A stretch of DNA of 64,000 bases from Phoronis australis (lineage: Eukaryota; Animalia; Phoronida), in the NCBI GenBank assembly GCA_002633005.1, contig NMRA01000101.1:310001-374000 (forward strand), given 5' to 3'. Below are positions 1 through 12,800 of this stretch, piece after piece (the first letter of the stretch is position 1; each line of letters opens with the position of its first letter). A program made the translations under genes and the position numbers. Under the pieces are notes generated by a model that was not told where the DNA came from, ran no database searches, and saw nothing but the letters and a program-made list of their open reading frames with translations.

Positions 1-777
1 CAATGACCTTGTTTTTCCTCAGTAAATCCGCTGGTGAACTGGTTCTAGCAGATTGCATTTAAGCTCACTGAAGTTTGGGATTATTGCAATAAGTCAAAAT
101 TATTGTTGTTGAAATTGTATACAACATGATGGACTGTCGTGGAAAAATCACCACCATTTGATGATCAAGCATTAGACAAGTGTGAAGCCAACACAGTAGT
201 TCATTAAACTCACTTGGTGTACATAGGCTGGTGTGTTATACCATCTTGTAATCCACAACTCATATTATGTCATGACTTATGTACTTACTGGGTGTAAAAT
301 GAGAACCCTTAAGCTCTCCACCAATTGAGCGGACAATATGGCTGACAAGTCAGGAATTCTATTTGTCAAGTTTCTCCTAAAAAATTAATGCTAAATTAGT
401 TTAGTCTATTGCTAGCATGGTTTCTACTGTGTATAGATGTCAACAACATTAAATTTTGGTAATTAAAAAGTGTATCCATTATTTGCCCTAAGGCAGTTGT
501 CTTCAGAAAGGACAATTTTGTGCTAAGTAACTGGAAGATTACCTTAACCCGCAGGGATCGTTAACTTCAATATTTTCTCTATGTAACCAACATATGGTAT
601 TGCAGGACTTCCTAGCTTAGAAAATAGTTTTTATCAATAAAGAAAACCTAGAAAATTAAGGCCACAATTTCTGTAGCGTTCAAAGATTATGCATAAGTGG
701 ATTTTTCATACTTTGATAGAATTGAAGCAGTTAAATGTTACTGATACAGTTTTTGAAATGTGCCATTTTACTTTCAG

Positions 778-852
778 ATGTCTGACAGTACTGAAGAATC
801 GCTGCGCCTCAGTTGTTATGCCAAGTTGCTCTGTATGTTGGAGTTGAATGAG
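778..852 (+). CDS. SPIDR: SPIDR-like exon (MSDSTEESLRLSCYAKLLCMLELNE)
   Basis: ctttcag acceptor, gtcaga donor; phase 0-0 joins the next exon in frame. Confidence 0.55.
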
Positions 853-3800
853 GTCAGATGAGAATGATTTTTGATGTGTTTTATTGTTCATCTGGAGGTT
901 GATAAAGAACAGAAATATTAGTAAAAACAGAGACATGGTCTAATAACAAACATGAACAAGTATTAAGTTTTTGTATACACGCAATCAACTTAGTTTCAAT
1001 TAATTTTTTTTTTTTCACTAATATCCATTCTTATAACACTATGTGCCCACATTTATATCGCTTGACTGCGATGCATAAGCTCCTAATAAAAGCTCTGTCA
1101 ACATCTATAATGTCCACTTCTCTTAAAACTCTCAGAAGTTATTAAAATGACAATAAATATAAGCCGGGATTAATATATAATAATGATAAACATAAGTGTC
1201 TGAAGTAAATTGGTGTTTCTTGCACCAGAACGTGACTGAGCCACCTGCACCATTTCATGGATAATTCTCTTACAAGAAAAACACGCATTTCTGAAGATGT
1301 GCGGGAATTTTCACTGCTGCTGCTTCAGCCTTGTATGGTGCAACTTGCACTAGGATCAAAGCGAGCACGGCGCCAGAGTCAGACGAAGTTGTGATGTCCA
1401 CATTGTCCAGTTTGAGCTAGACTCAATTAAGTGTAATTACCCACAAACTATAGTAAACATCTCTGCATGTACATAGTGGCGAATTTTCGAAATACATATT
1501 AAGCCAATAATTTTCGTTTAAAATAAACAATATGCCAGACTCAGCCTGAAAAAACAAGGTAGTATGGTTTTCGATTTTTAAATATTGATGAACTATTAAC
1601 TTAAAACTACAGATGTTGGTTACGTATTGAAGATAAACTATCGTGTGTATTGATATACTCGGAAGATTTACAAACGGTGATCATTATTAGCAATACCAAG
1701 TGGTTTATTCTCTTAATATACAACAAAACTAAATTACACCCAGTGACCAAATTAGATGTCAGTAACTTTTAAGACAGCGCTTATCACCTAGTCGTGTCGA
1801 ACTAGTTTATTCGAGGAGTAGCACGCTATCCGAAAAACTGGTAGTCGGTAATCAGCTGGCAGTGGAACACGTGTCATGAAGAATAACTGTGGTTAGCTTC
1901 AAAATCAATGAGAAAATCCAAGTGCTAGATGAGGTGGCTCAGTGGTCACCGGCTAACTTGCAAGTTTCATTGACGATCAAAATTTGCCACTGTTCTAGCA
2001 CTTCAAGATGAACCCAAGCTACTGTTTTAAGATATTTTGTAATATTTAAAATGTCATCAAACCCATACTTTTTATGCGCCCACATATTTATATGTGGACG
2101 CATTATGCCGTCATCTCTGTCCGTCCGTCCGTCCGTCCGTCCGTCCGGGCGGCGTCCGTCCGGCGTCCGGCGCCCGCTGCTCTATCTCCAAAACCCTTTG
2201 ACATACGTTCATGAAATTTGGCACATATGTTCCATTCATGAATGGGACGGCATGTGCGAACTTTCGGACGGATCCGACTACCGGTGTGCCCCCTAGTGGC
2301 AATTTTAGTTTTTTACGCTTACCTTTGTATCTTCAAAAGTCCTGAACGGATTTTCATGAAATTTGGTATGTAGGCACCTATTAGTGAGATGACGCTATCC
2401 TCCTGTTTTCAGATGGATTCGACATAGTTTGCGCCACCTAGTGGCCATTTTTACTGTTTTCGAGTCTGTATTTTTGCGTCCACCCCTCTATCAACCAAAC
2501 CGCTCAAAGGATGATTGTGAAAATTGGCGTGTATGTGCTTACTATAAGGAAGACAGCTGACAATGATTTTCAGACGATTTGGACTACTGTGGCGCCTCCT
2601 AGTGGCAGTTTTGTTTTTTTGCGCCCATGGCTGTATCTCCCAAACCGTTTGCAGGATCTTTACTAAATTTAGCAAGTGTATTTATGTGATGTTGACAACG
2701 GACGATGACGACTTTAGGATGATTCTGACTACCGGTATGCCTCTAGTGGCAATTTTAGTATTTGCCTCTAGTGGCAATTTTAGTATTTTACATTGACCTC
2801 TGTATTTTCATAGGTCTTCAGGTGTATACTTTGTGTTACTTCGTGACTGTGAAGGAAAAGTTCCAAGTAGAAATTTGTTTCTGGCATTCTAATGCTGTGC
2901 TAATCTCGTATGTTGGTAAATTTGTTTTTAATTCTATGTTTCTGTGGTGCTTTAAGCAACTGGTGTATAGGATGTGCTTGTATTATGAAGATTACTCACA
3001 TTTTGCCCCTAGCCTATTGAGGAGACAATGACCATGCCTTTCCATTTTGCAAAGTACGCCCTCTACTGGCCACTTTATGGTACCAATAAACAACCCTAGA
3101 AGGATACCGTATGCGGTGCAATTGTGGGCGCATTTCAACGCTCCGCGTTGCTCTTGTTACATTTCAGGCTGTAAGTCTGTGCAAATTGCAGAGAAAACCA
3201 ATTTCAGTGTAATAATAACCTCAGTGCTGTTGAGAAGGTAGTGCTAGTTATTATCTGTCCACTTCATTAGCTTGAATACAAAGGGCGTGCTGAGTAGACA
3301 TTTAAAAGTTGTCTGAGGGCAAAGGGAATCTCCAGTGTAAGTGAGAAATTCTCCACTTGGCATGTCTGATTCGACATGTATCAGACCACCTGCTCTATTT
3401 TTACTCCAGTACACGACTGAGCGGCCTGCAAACGTCTGATGCGACATATATCTCGGGCGGATCCAGGATTTTTATTTAGGGGAGGCCAGGGCAGAGTATT
3501 AGCCAGGATTTTGCCTGTCAGACGACGCACCCCCGAACTGCCAAATGGAATCTGGGAGAGTTTCAGGGGGGCCATGGCCCCCTTGGCCTCACTCTAAATC
3601 CGCCACTGTATCTGACAGGCCATCTGCACTATTTTTACATCAGTTCAAGCCTACCTGTCAAACGAACCTCTGCTCTGCTGTAAGCCTACCTGTTTGGTGT
3701 CAAACGAACCTCTGCTCTGCTGTAAGCCTACCTGTTTGTTGGCTATCCACCTCTTCTCTTGCCTTGGTGTAGTGGGCAGGCTTGCGCAAAGCTACTTGAG

Positions 3801-6800
3801 AAAAAAACAGATCCTGACAGCATACCGGTACTCTCATTGCAAGCGTGTGTATAAACCTGCTCGTAATAAGTCCAACTCTGGTGTGTCATAGCTCCCCATG
3901 TTGGTATACTCAAGCAGACATGGTACTTCAAAGGATTTGTGGTGACTTTGTTGTTTTTAAGGCCTTTGCTTAGGTGGGCTTAGGTAGTAGTTTCAGACCA
4001 ACTTGTTTTTGTGCTGCCAACAGAGCTTGGCAAGTTTAGTATGACCATGCCAGTTGTTGGCTAGATAATCAATAGAAAGTTAAATACAAATTAGCAACTT
4101 AAAACAACATGCTGTGCTTCATATTACGTTTCAATATTCTTTAAGATCATCATCAGGTGTAACACAGTCAGTACACAGATGCAATTACATAATGTACAAA
4201 GGGGAGACAAATCCATAATCCATTATTATGGTCAATTCAGTCATCCCATCTCAAATGCCTCAATATTTATCTGAATTACCAAATCCGGCCTTCACTGAAC
4301 ATCCTCTCGCTCACTCTAGGTTCACTATGGACTGCTGTATATCTCAGACCTGTCCCTGTGGTCGGACTGTACCACGCCTTACATCACAGTTCAGATGGCA
4401 CCTGACTTCTGCTTCGATATTTCCATCCCATCTGTTATTTTGTGCAGAGATATACTGTACAGTTCAGGTAAGCGAGATTGCTGAAACTTAACATCCCTGT
4501 TATTGCTTCAGTATCATTGAAAACTTAATCCTTTATAGTGGTATTGGCAGCCCTTATGGTTTCATTTTAAATAATAGCAAATAAGAATGAGTTTATATTA
4601 AAAATATATTCTGAATTAGTTAAACAGAAAGTAATACGCAACTTGTCATCCCTTTCATTGCAAGAAAAGCCTTCCATATAGCCTTGCCCTAAGAATTCGA
4701 CGCATTTGTTCAGAAGAAACTTCCTTTAATAACCGTTTAAAAGAACTCAAGTACTATCTAATTCAACGTCATTTCCCCTTCCATCTTATACACAAACAGT
4801 TTGACAAAGTGCACTCAATTACACGAAATGAATCTTTAAGAACTAAAACTAAAGGCAATACTACTAATAGAATACCATTCATAACTATGTTCAATCCATG
4901 TTTAAACGGAATTAGACACGTCTTCAAAAAACATCTTTCTACGCTGCATATTTCCCCTCAAATGAAAAACCTATTTCCTCATCCACCTATAATTTCTTGG
5001 AGAAAATGTAAAAATCTAAAAAATTATTTAGTTAAAGCTAATATCGACAATATACACCAAACTGACAAGCCTATTGGCAACACACAATGTAACAAAACTA
5101 GGTGTAAAATGTGTAACTTCATCAATGATAGCACTTTTTTCCAGTCTTCCCAAACCAATGAAAACTTTGAAATAAAACATTCTGATTGCACCACCAACAA
5201 TTATATTATTTACCTTATAACTTGTAAAAAATGTTCTATCCAATACGTAGGACAAACTCAACATAATCTACAAACTCGGTTTCGTAATCATAGATTTAAC
5301 ATAATGCATAAAAACATTTCTGATACTATACTAGGTAATCATTTCAATTCCAAAAACCATAATATTCAAGATCTTTCTGTACAAATAATAGAAAAACTCC
5401 AACACCCCAGTACCCCTCACAGACTCAAAAGAGAATATTGGATAGACAAACTTAATACAGTAGAACCTCATGGATTGAACATAAAAACTTCTTAAAATAT
5501 GTCATTGAATTTTTTACGCAAAAATGTATCATTTTCATTACACCATATCTTGTATGTCAATTGTCATTTTGTGTTTGATTTTACTTTATTTCTGTTTTTG
5601 TTGACAAAGGAATTTATTACATCTGAAAATTTCAAATTTCAGTTGATCCATTCTTGTTTTATTTACTGATTTATATTCTTCATTTCATGAAACAATAGTA
5701 ACCTTGGGAGGATCTGGATCGCCTTATTTAGTTTCAGATATATTTTCTGCGTTATATGTTTGACAAATTGTTGTGTTTGAGGTTATGAATAAGTATTAGT
5801 TCAGTGTTTTATATGTGTTTGTTTCCCAGTAACATATTTTAATAAATTGATTACTATGTTACTATGTGGGCAGTTGCATTAGTTTAATAACAATTTAAAC
5901 TGATGTGGTTTCTTATCTACGTAAAATCTCACGAACTGCGGACAAAAAGCAATCGCCAGAATTATATTTCTTATATTTTAAGGCTTTTAAAACATTATGT
6001 GAACGCTAACAATGTATCAAAATATTGTCTGATGGTAGTTAGAGGAAAGAACTTGAAAGTGGTAAAGGCATTGCTGCTACTTATCGTTTATGTAAAAATG
6101 AGCAACAAAATTTCACGTTTCCACCATATTGTGTCCTAAATTGGTAAGATTTTCTCAGAAATATTTGGGATCAGCTTTTAACTTTAAAAACTTGAAAGTT
6201 ACTTTACAAAATTCATGACTGATGTTGTTGTGGTATGTCGTGGCCTTGTCTGTTGTATACTTTAGGTACCCTTGTGGCAGACTCCTACTAATGATGTAGT
6301 GGTATGTCATGACCTTGTCTGTTGTATACTTTAGGTACCCTTGTGGCAGACTCCTACTAATGATGTAGTGGTATGTCATGGCCTTGTCTGTTGTATACTT
6401 TAGGTACCCTCATGGCAGACTCCTACTAATGATGTAGTGGTATGCCATGGCCTTGTCTGTTGTATACTTTAGGTACCCTTGTGGCAGACTCCTACTCTCA
6501 GCTGAAGATTTTATCTACTCTCACTACGCTGCCTAGTTTACATCATCTGGACATTTCATCAAAGCTGCCTCAACTAACAAGTCATGTACAAGATGCTTCC
6601 CTTGTTGTTTTCTCAGGTAAGTTGTTCGTTTTCAAATAGGCTGCTCACAACATAAGTGATTTTAGAGAGAGAGAGATGATTTTGCCTTTCTGTTTAAACA
6701 AAATCTTAAGTTGTGCAAAAGTATGTTCCCACTTACTTATTTTAGTACTATTCAATATCGAAATAAGGTACATAATGCCCAGCTAGAATTGACGCTGCTT

Positions 6801-9800
6801 TTTCTTGTTATTACAGGTGCAATAGAAAGTGTTGACGAAGACAGTGCTTGTACTTGGTTCAGCTGTCCTCATTGTAATGTTGAATTGGACCCATCTTACA
6901 CTCCACTCAGGTACAGCAAAATACAAAACAATTCAGTTTCTAAGATTACACCAAGGTCTAGCAAGTCATTGTGGGATTTTTCATTTCTTTGTGAATGTTA
7001 ATCCATTATAGATTTTACGCCATAGATTTTTCATTTTGTGGTGCTTGACAGGCTTAAATTCATGAAATGGTCAATTCATCTCCAAACCACTGTTTAGAAA
7101 TAATAACAATCATCATCACTCTCATCTATTCTCTCTTGAAAAATGGATGGGGTTGAGCGCACTTCCAAGAAGTCAAAATCAAGGCCACAGTTATTACTTT
7201 CTTTGGCAAATAAGAATTGGTCACATTTGATGATGCGTGCATGAATGGCTGCATGGTCAATCTTTATTTACTTTATAACTTTGTGGCAACATAGGAGCTA
7301 AATTCTACAAAATGCCCTCCCATGCCCCCCCTCCCCGACACTATGTGCAACTAGACCCTCTCAAGTCAATAACTGAACATTAAGTACCCACACATGGCAA
7401 TACTTGAGATGGTGTATAAACCACTCGAGTTTGTAGTAATTCTCCACAAACTGCTCCTTCGGGAGAACTCACTGGGGTCGTGACCTTAAGTAGCTTATGA
7501 CCTGAATATAAAACTATCCATATAAGGACTATGATCTTTTTGTTTTTGATTGTTTTATCGATATCTCGTCTCAGAGCAAAGCATTTGACAGATCGAGATA
7601 TCTTATTCAAACACAGGTATAGGGTACTTGGCTTGAGTCAAACATGGCATTGCTATTAAACTGCTGGTATCAATGTTCACAAGAAGAATACAAGCTGAAC
7701 TGTTCCATGATAATAAGAGTTATAGAGACCTAGCTAGAGATTTTCCCACAATCCTCCAATGCGTTGAACTGTATATTTTGAATTTCTGAAAAGACAACTT
7801 TTGCATTTTTCAAAAGATAAACCCTGTTTCAAAAGTCTGTTGTGGGATAGGCTGTGACAAATTTCAGATATTAGCCTTTAAACTTAATCGGTAACTATGA
7901 CTTCGTGGAATGGTAATCTAAAAGCTTAATTTATGGATCAGTGTTTGTTAACCGAAACTAGATTGGAAAATTTCAAGAAAAATACGCAGTGGTGTAGCTA
8001 CGTTACTATGTAAACATGCTCGATCATACGCTTTAGGTTATGACTTTGTTTCTGTTTCTGAAAAATTTGCTCACTCAGCCAGTATTAGAGTGTTTGTGTT
8101 GCAGTAGAGATAAGTCACTTTTCTGCTTCTTATCTTGTGGTCGATCGGTGCGTACTTGACGCACAACTATCACTACGACCTTTAGGTATTTGATACGAAA
8201 ACTATCACCACTGACCTCTCTTACTGGTTTGATGAAAAGGACTATAATTCATTTGCAGCTGCTTTCATAAAGGTGGTTTAACAAAACCAGATTTAAGACT
8301 TAAACCTTTCTTTCTAAATCTGGTCTAATTTTAGACTTAACTGGCATTTCACCAACGTGGTTTAAAAGTCTGAAAGCCTGGTTTTGTTAGACCATGGAGC
8401 GGGTTTACTAAAACTAGGTTTAAAGTATCCAAGCCACCCTACTGCATGTCGGTCTGGATTATCCCAACAAAGAAACTTTTGAAGTACTTCAATGAAACCT
8501 TGATAATGTGGGTAGAAATGGCACATAGTAGTAGAATCAGTGCAGACATTTGCGAAAAATTAAAGCTTTTCTCATAAGGGAAAAATGTTCCCTCCCAGAA
8601 CTGATCAGAGAAAGAGCCAATGTTATAGATAACAAGTAAAATGGTGACAAAGGAAGTCAATCTAAGCAGCAGTATGGGCAGGGAGAAGGTTCAAAATAGA
8701 CAACACTGCCAGATAAACAAGTGGTTTGACAAATAGACAAGTAGTTTACTAAACACACTAGTGATTGGTCAAATAAACAAGTTGTTTGACAAATAGACAA
8801 GCAGTTTGCTAAACACGCAAGTGATTGGTCAAATAAACTAGTCAAGAATGCTATAGTTTTCCAAATAGGAAAGACAACTATACAGATTCTGTCAGTTAAA
8901 CAAGTGCCTACTGTTGAACAAGCAAGTAAGTTGGCAAGTAATTAAGTGGGTTACCAATGTCTTGTAACTTTGGAGTTCAACTTTTAAATAATTTTAGTTA
9001 ACTGTGGAACAGACAAGGCATCTGTTTACCGGACAAGATGAGCACGGCAAATGGACAGAGGGCGTTACTTGAAAACGAATGACATCACGGAGTCTCAATG
9101 ACTGACTCATGGAAATGATTCTGTGACTACTGACTCTTAAATTCAAAGCTTTGATCCCCTATACTCCAGTTCCGGACCAGTAGACACCAAACCCATGGTA
9201 CAAATTCCGTATCAGAACCCCTAAACTTCACACAGACTCCATACCCACTGACCAAACTCCATACTCGAACCATGGATGTGGTTAAGGAATTTGATCCTTG
9301 GATATGAAATTTTGTCTCCTTTCCTTGTGTACGTAGTTTTGGTACTTGAGATTAGGGGCACACCTTTTGTACCACGGGTTTGGTGCCCGCTGGTTCAAGA
9401 CCGGAGTTAAGGGATTGTATCAAAGTCTTGGAATCGTTTCTGCTCCCTGCTTCTACAATCAAAAAATGATCACACAACAAAGTGCACATTACTGCCTTGA
9501 AAGCATCAACTATCATTGTCATTTTGGATTTTTACAGGTGTACTTCCTGTATGGTTGCAGTTGACTCTCCACGTATCAGGATGAACATGGAAGTTGTGTC
9601 ATCATTCGTCAGTGACTCTGAGTCACACACCGTTAAAATTAAGGTCTGTTGGTTTCTTCCACACACTTCAGGCTTAGATTCCTAATGAGGTATACCTACT
9701 GTGTCCATTAGAGTGCTTGAATGGATTACTACCTGTGGTTTTCAAAAAAAGTTGACTAATATCAGTCTTGTCATTTAAAATTAACAAAAAAATTAAAAAC

Positions 9801-12800
9801 TGTCAGCTTATTTTTCAAGGGTTTACAAATTACTTTTCCTCAGTCTGTTTCCTTCTTGGTTTTGGAAATTTTTGACCTACATGTAGTTTTTAGAACTACT
9901 GAGCAACAAACAGAAATAGTATTCAGTCTTGTCAGAAAAGTTTGTTGATTTAAAATTTTTGAGTATGTCATGTTCTGTCTTGAAAGCAGTGATAAGTTGT
10001 GTACTTACTGTAATACTATAAATAGTATTCCTTCCTGGAGGAAAATTTTGTTATATATCACTTAATTTTTATTCTGTACTTACACTTCGAGATCGGAAAT
10101 ATACCGAACTAAAATTAGTTTGGAACCGAAATCATGTCATACTTAACAAAATATTAATATTTGTAGAGACCAGTAGCTTCTATTTTTGTAACAAAGATTC
10201 CCTTTTGTTACAAAAGTGCAAACATAGCCCATATTTTTGGGGGGAAACCAATGCTTCATCAGTGTCCTACACTGAGGAATGTGTGTTGTGTGTATTGAAG
10301 GATTGCTTGTTTCCATGTATGTGTGCATTTCTTTCAGCTTGTTTATGTTTGTGTGCACTTATATTTACTTATACTCCATATTAGAAAGTCAAATATTGAC
10401 TGTCAATGGATGATAAAGAGAAGATAAATGACTGAAATTAGGAGATAAATGAGATTTTGTTGGTATCTTTGTGTGTATCATTTTATACCAAGATAGCACT
10501 AATGAAGGGGTTCATCTGCTGTGTAACTGTGGTGATTTAGGTTATTCATGTACCAATGGCTGTCTCAATTCATCTGCTTTTTTATTTTATTTCATTTTAT
10601 TTAAGTCCAAAAACTGTTTTGTTTTCTATCTCATTTTTTGTATAAACTATAGCGGAAAGAGTTGAAACGCATTCAGAATAAGTGCAGCCTTGCAATTTAT
10701 AAAATGTTGTCTTTATTTGAATGTACATGTATTATTCAGCTGTAGTCATTGTTGATTATTTTGAGATTATTCTTGGCACCGCTTGTGTATATAAGGTAAT
10801 ATTTACCAGTTAAGTTAATTGTTTCATTTTCACCTGTTCAAACTTTGAGTGCCACAACTCCTTGTTCATTCTGTTGATATTCAGGCTAAAAGGAGCTCAA
10901 TTTCAATTGAGCAGACATAACAATGGAATGTGGTAGTTTGGACAGTGCTGGACTGCTCCAGTACATCTAATTGTATTCAATCTCTCATCATATCTTTGAA
11001 GATAGTGTCTGCAAAATAGGTCGTCCCTATTATCAAATGGGGTCACTGTATCAATACACTGGTTGGACAGCCTTTTATGGTAAAGGCTTTTCAACTCAGA
11101 CCTTTGAATTTAACATATTTATGTTCCCCACATCTATGTATCAGTGTACGAGTGCATATTGCAGTCATATCTGCCTGGGTCTCTGGTGTCTGCTGCTGTA
11201 GCTTTTAAACCCATTTCAGGATCTCTATGAGATTTGGCAGATGTGTTCTTATGAAGTTGACAACAGATTGTGTCGAATTTTGGACCTGTCTAATATTGCC
11301 ACTGTGATGCTTAGTGGCAATTTTAGTTTTTTACGTTGGCTTGTATGTCTTTAGAATTCGTGAAGGATTTTCATGAAATTTAGCAAATATTAAGGAGATG
11401 ACTGTACCTTCGCATTTTCAGATGGATTTGATAATCCTAAACCTTTTAGTTGCCATTTTTAAGATTTTTGAGTCCGTTTTTTTGTGTGTCTGCCTTTCTA
11501 TTTGCCAAACCGCTGGAAGGGTTGTTATGAAAATTGGCAGTTGTGTTTCTGAAGTAGAGTCCACATCTGACGTTGATTTACAGATGATTTTGACTATTCT
11601 GTCGCCCTCTGGCAACCCTTTGCAGGAATGTTGGGCAATTTAGCAGATGTGTTCGCATAAGCAACTTGGGATACATTAAAGTCTCATCAGTTTTGGACAA
11701 ACAATGGTGCCATTTTTTCCTTTTCACTTCAGACCTTGTTGTAAATGTGTCCCATATTTGAAAGAATTGTACTATGGCAACGCTTGTTCTGAACTTGCAG
11801 ATGGTAACACACTAATTTTGGGCTAGGTTTCTGTAAAAAAGTGTGAAAATTAAAAGTCACTGATCTCCCATATTGTGTCCTAAATTGGTAATTGAAAATT
11901 TACATGGATGTTTTTAAATTAAATTTACAGAATTAAAGTTAGAAACTTTTACCACTGTAAATATGATAAATGTTTTGACCTCTATGCTTAAAATTTTTCA
12001 TGGTGGAATGCTTAAATTTGTTCAGATTTGTTGCCAATTGATAGATTGTCAAGCTAGTATGGTTTACCTACAAGTCCATAATGTTCATTCCTGTTGTATT
12101 TTTCATGGCACAGTTACTGGAGAAGACAATATTACAGGTGTTACCCACAGATTATCAGGATCAGGTAAGATTTTTTATTTAAGATCTGTAAAATTTTGAA
12201 ATTAAATATTTGGTGAAATCACACCGACATGACGGACAAGTGAAATTTCATGTTCTCATTTCTTCCATTAAAAATATGGTGCATTATTTCTAACATGTGG
12301 CAAAGTTGTATTTTAATTGTTGGTATACACAGCGAAGAAGGCCTTGAAAAATTATCGGACAGTTTGTCACTTATTTTGTCCAAAATTGACGATATTTTAC
12401 TTGGTTCTGCCGTATTTCTAATAGTGAGTGTTGACCTCCAATATAGGCAGTGTTAACAGTGGTTCGTACCTAATAGCCTGTCAATGAAAACAAGTGCCAC
12501 CTTGCTGTTGAATTATACTCTACCTTCTGGTTTGTCGTAATGGAATCTTAGGGTTACTTAATAATGCCGCTAATCCACTTTCCTTATAGTAAACAACTTA
12601 CTTTTGATATTGGGCACTGGTTGTTATGAAATTGGTCTTGTACTGTTCCTTGTTTAGATTAGATGTGGTTTTGGGCTTGGGAATACCTAAGAATTCCATA
12701 TTTTTAGCTTTCCCACTGTCATGTTTTGAGGAGTTTCAGTAAATAGGAAAGCACAAATTCTGGACTTAAATTTCCATCATGACAGTGTGGATTAAATTGC

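Noticed and set aside
3168-3238. Apparent exon (tttcag|GCKSVQIAEKTNFSVIITSVLLR|gtagtg)
   Set aside because: Its only open phase (1-2) is incompatible with the flanking SPIDR exons, which join directly in phase 0
4228-4491. 87-aa ORF in the track
   Set aside because: Wrong frame; the SPIDR-like exon 4320-4467 uses another frame
6220-6497. CRISPR-like appearance of the regular repeats
   Set aside because: Eukaryotic context, no unique spacers, no cas genes; a simple minisatellite
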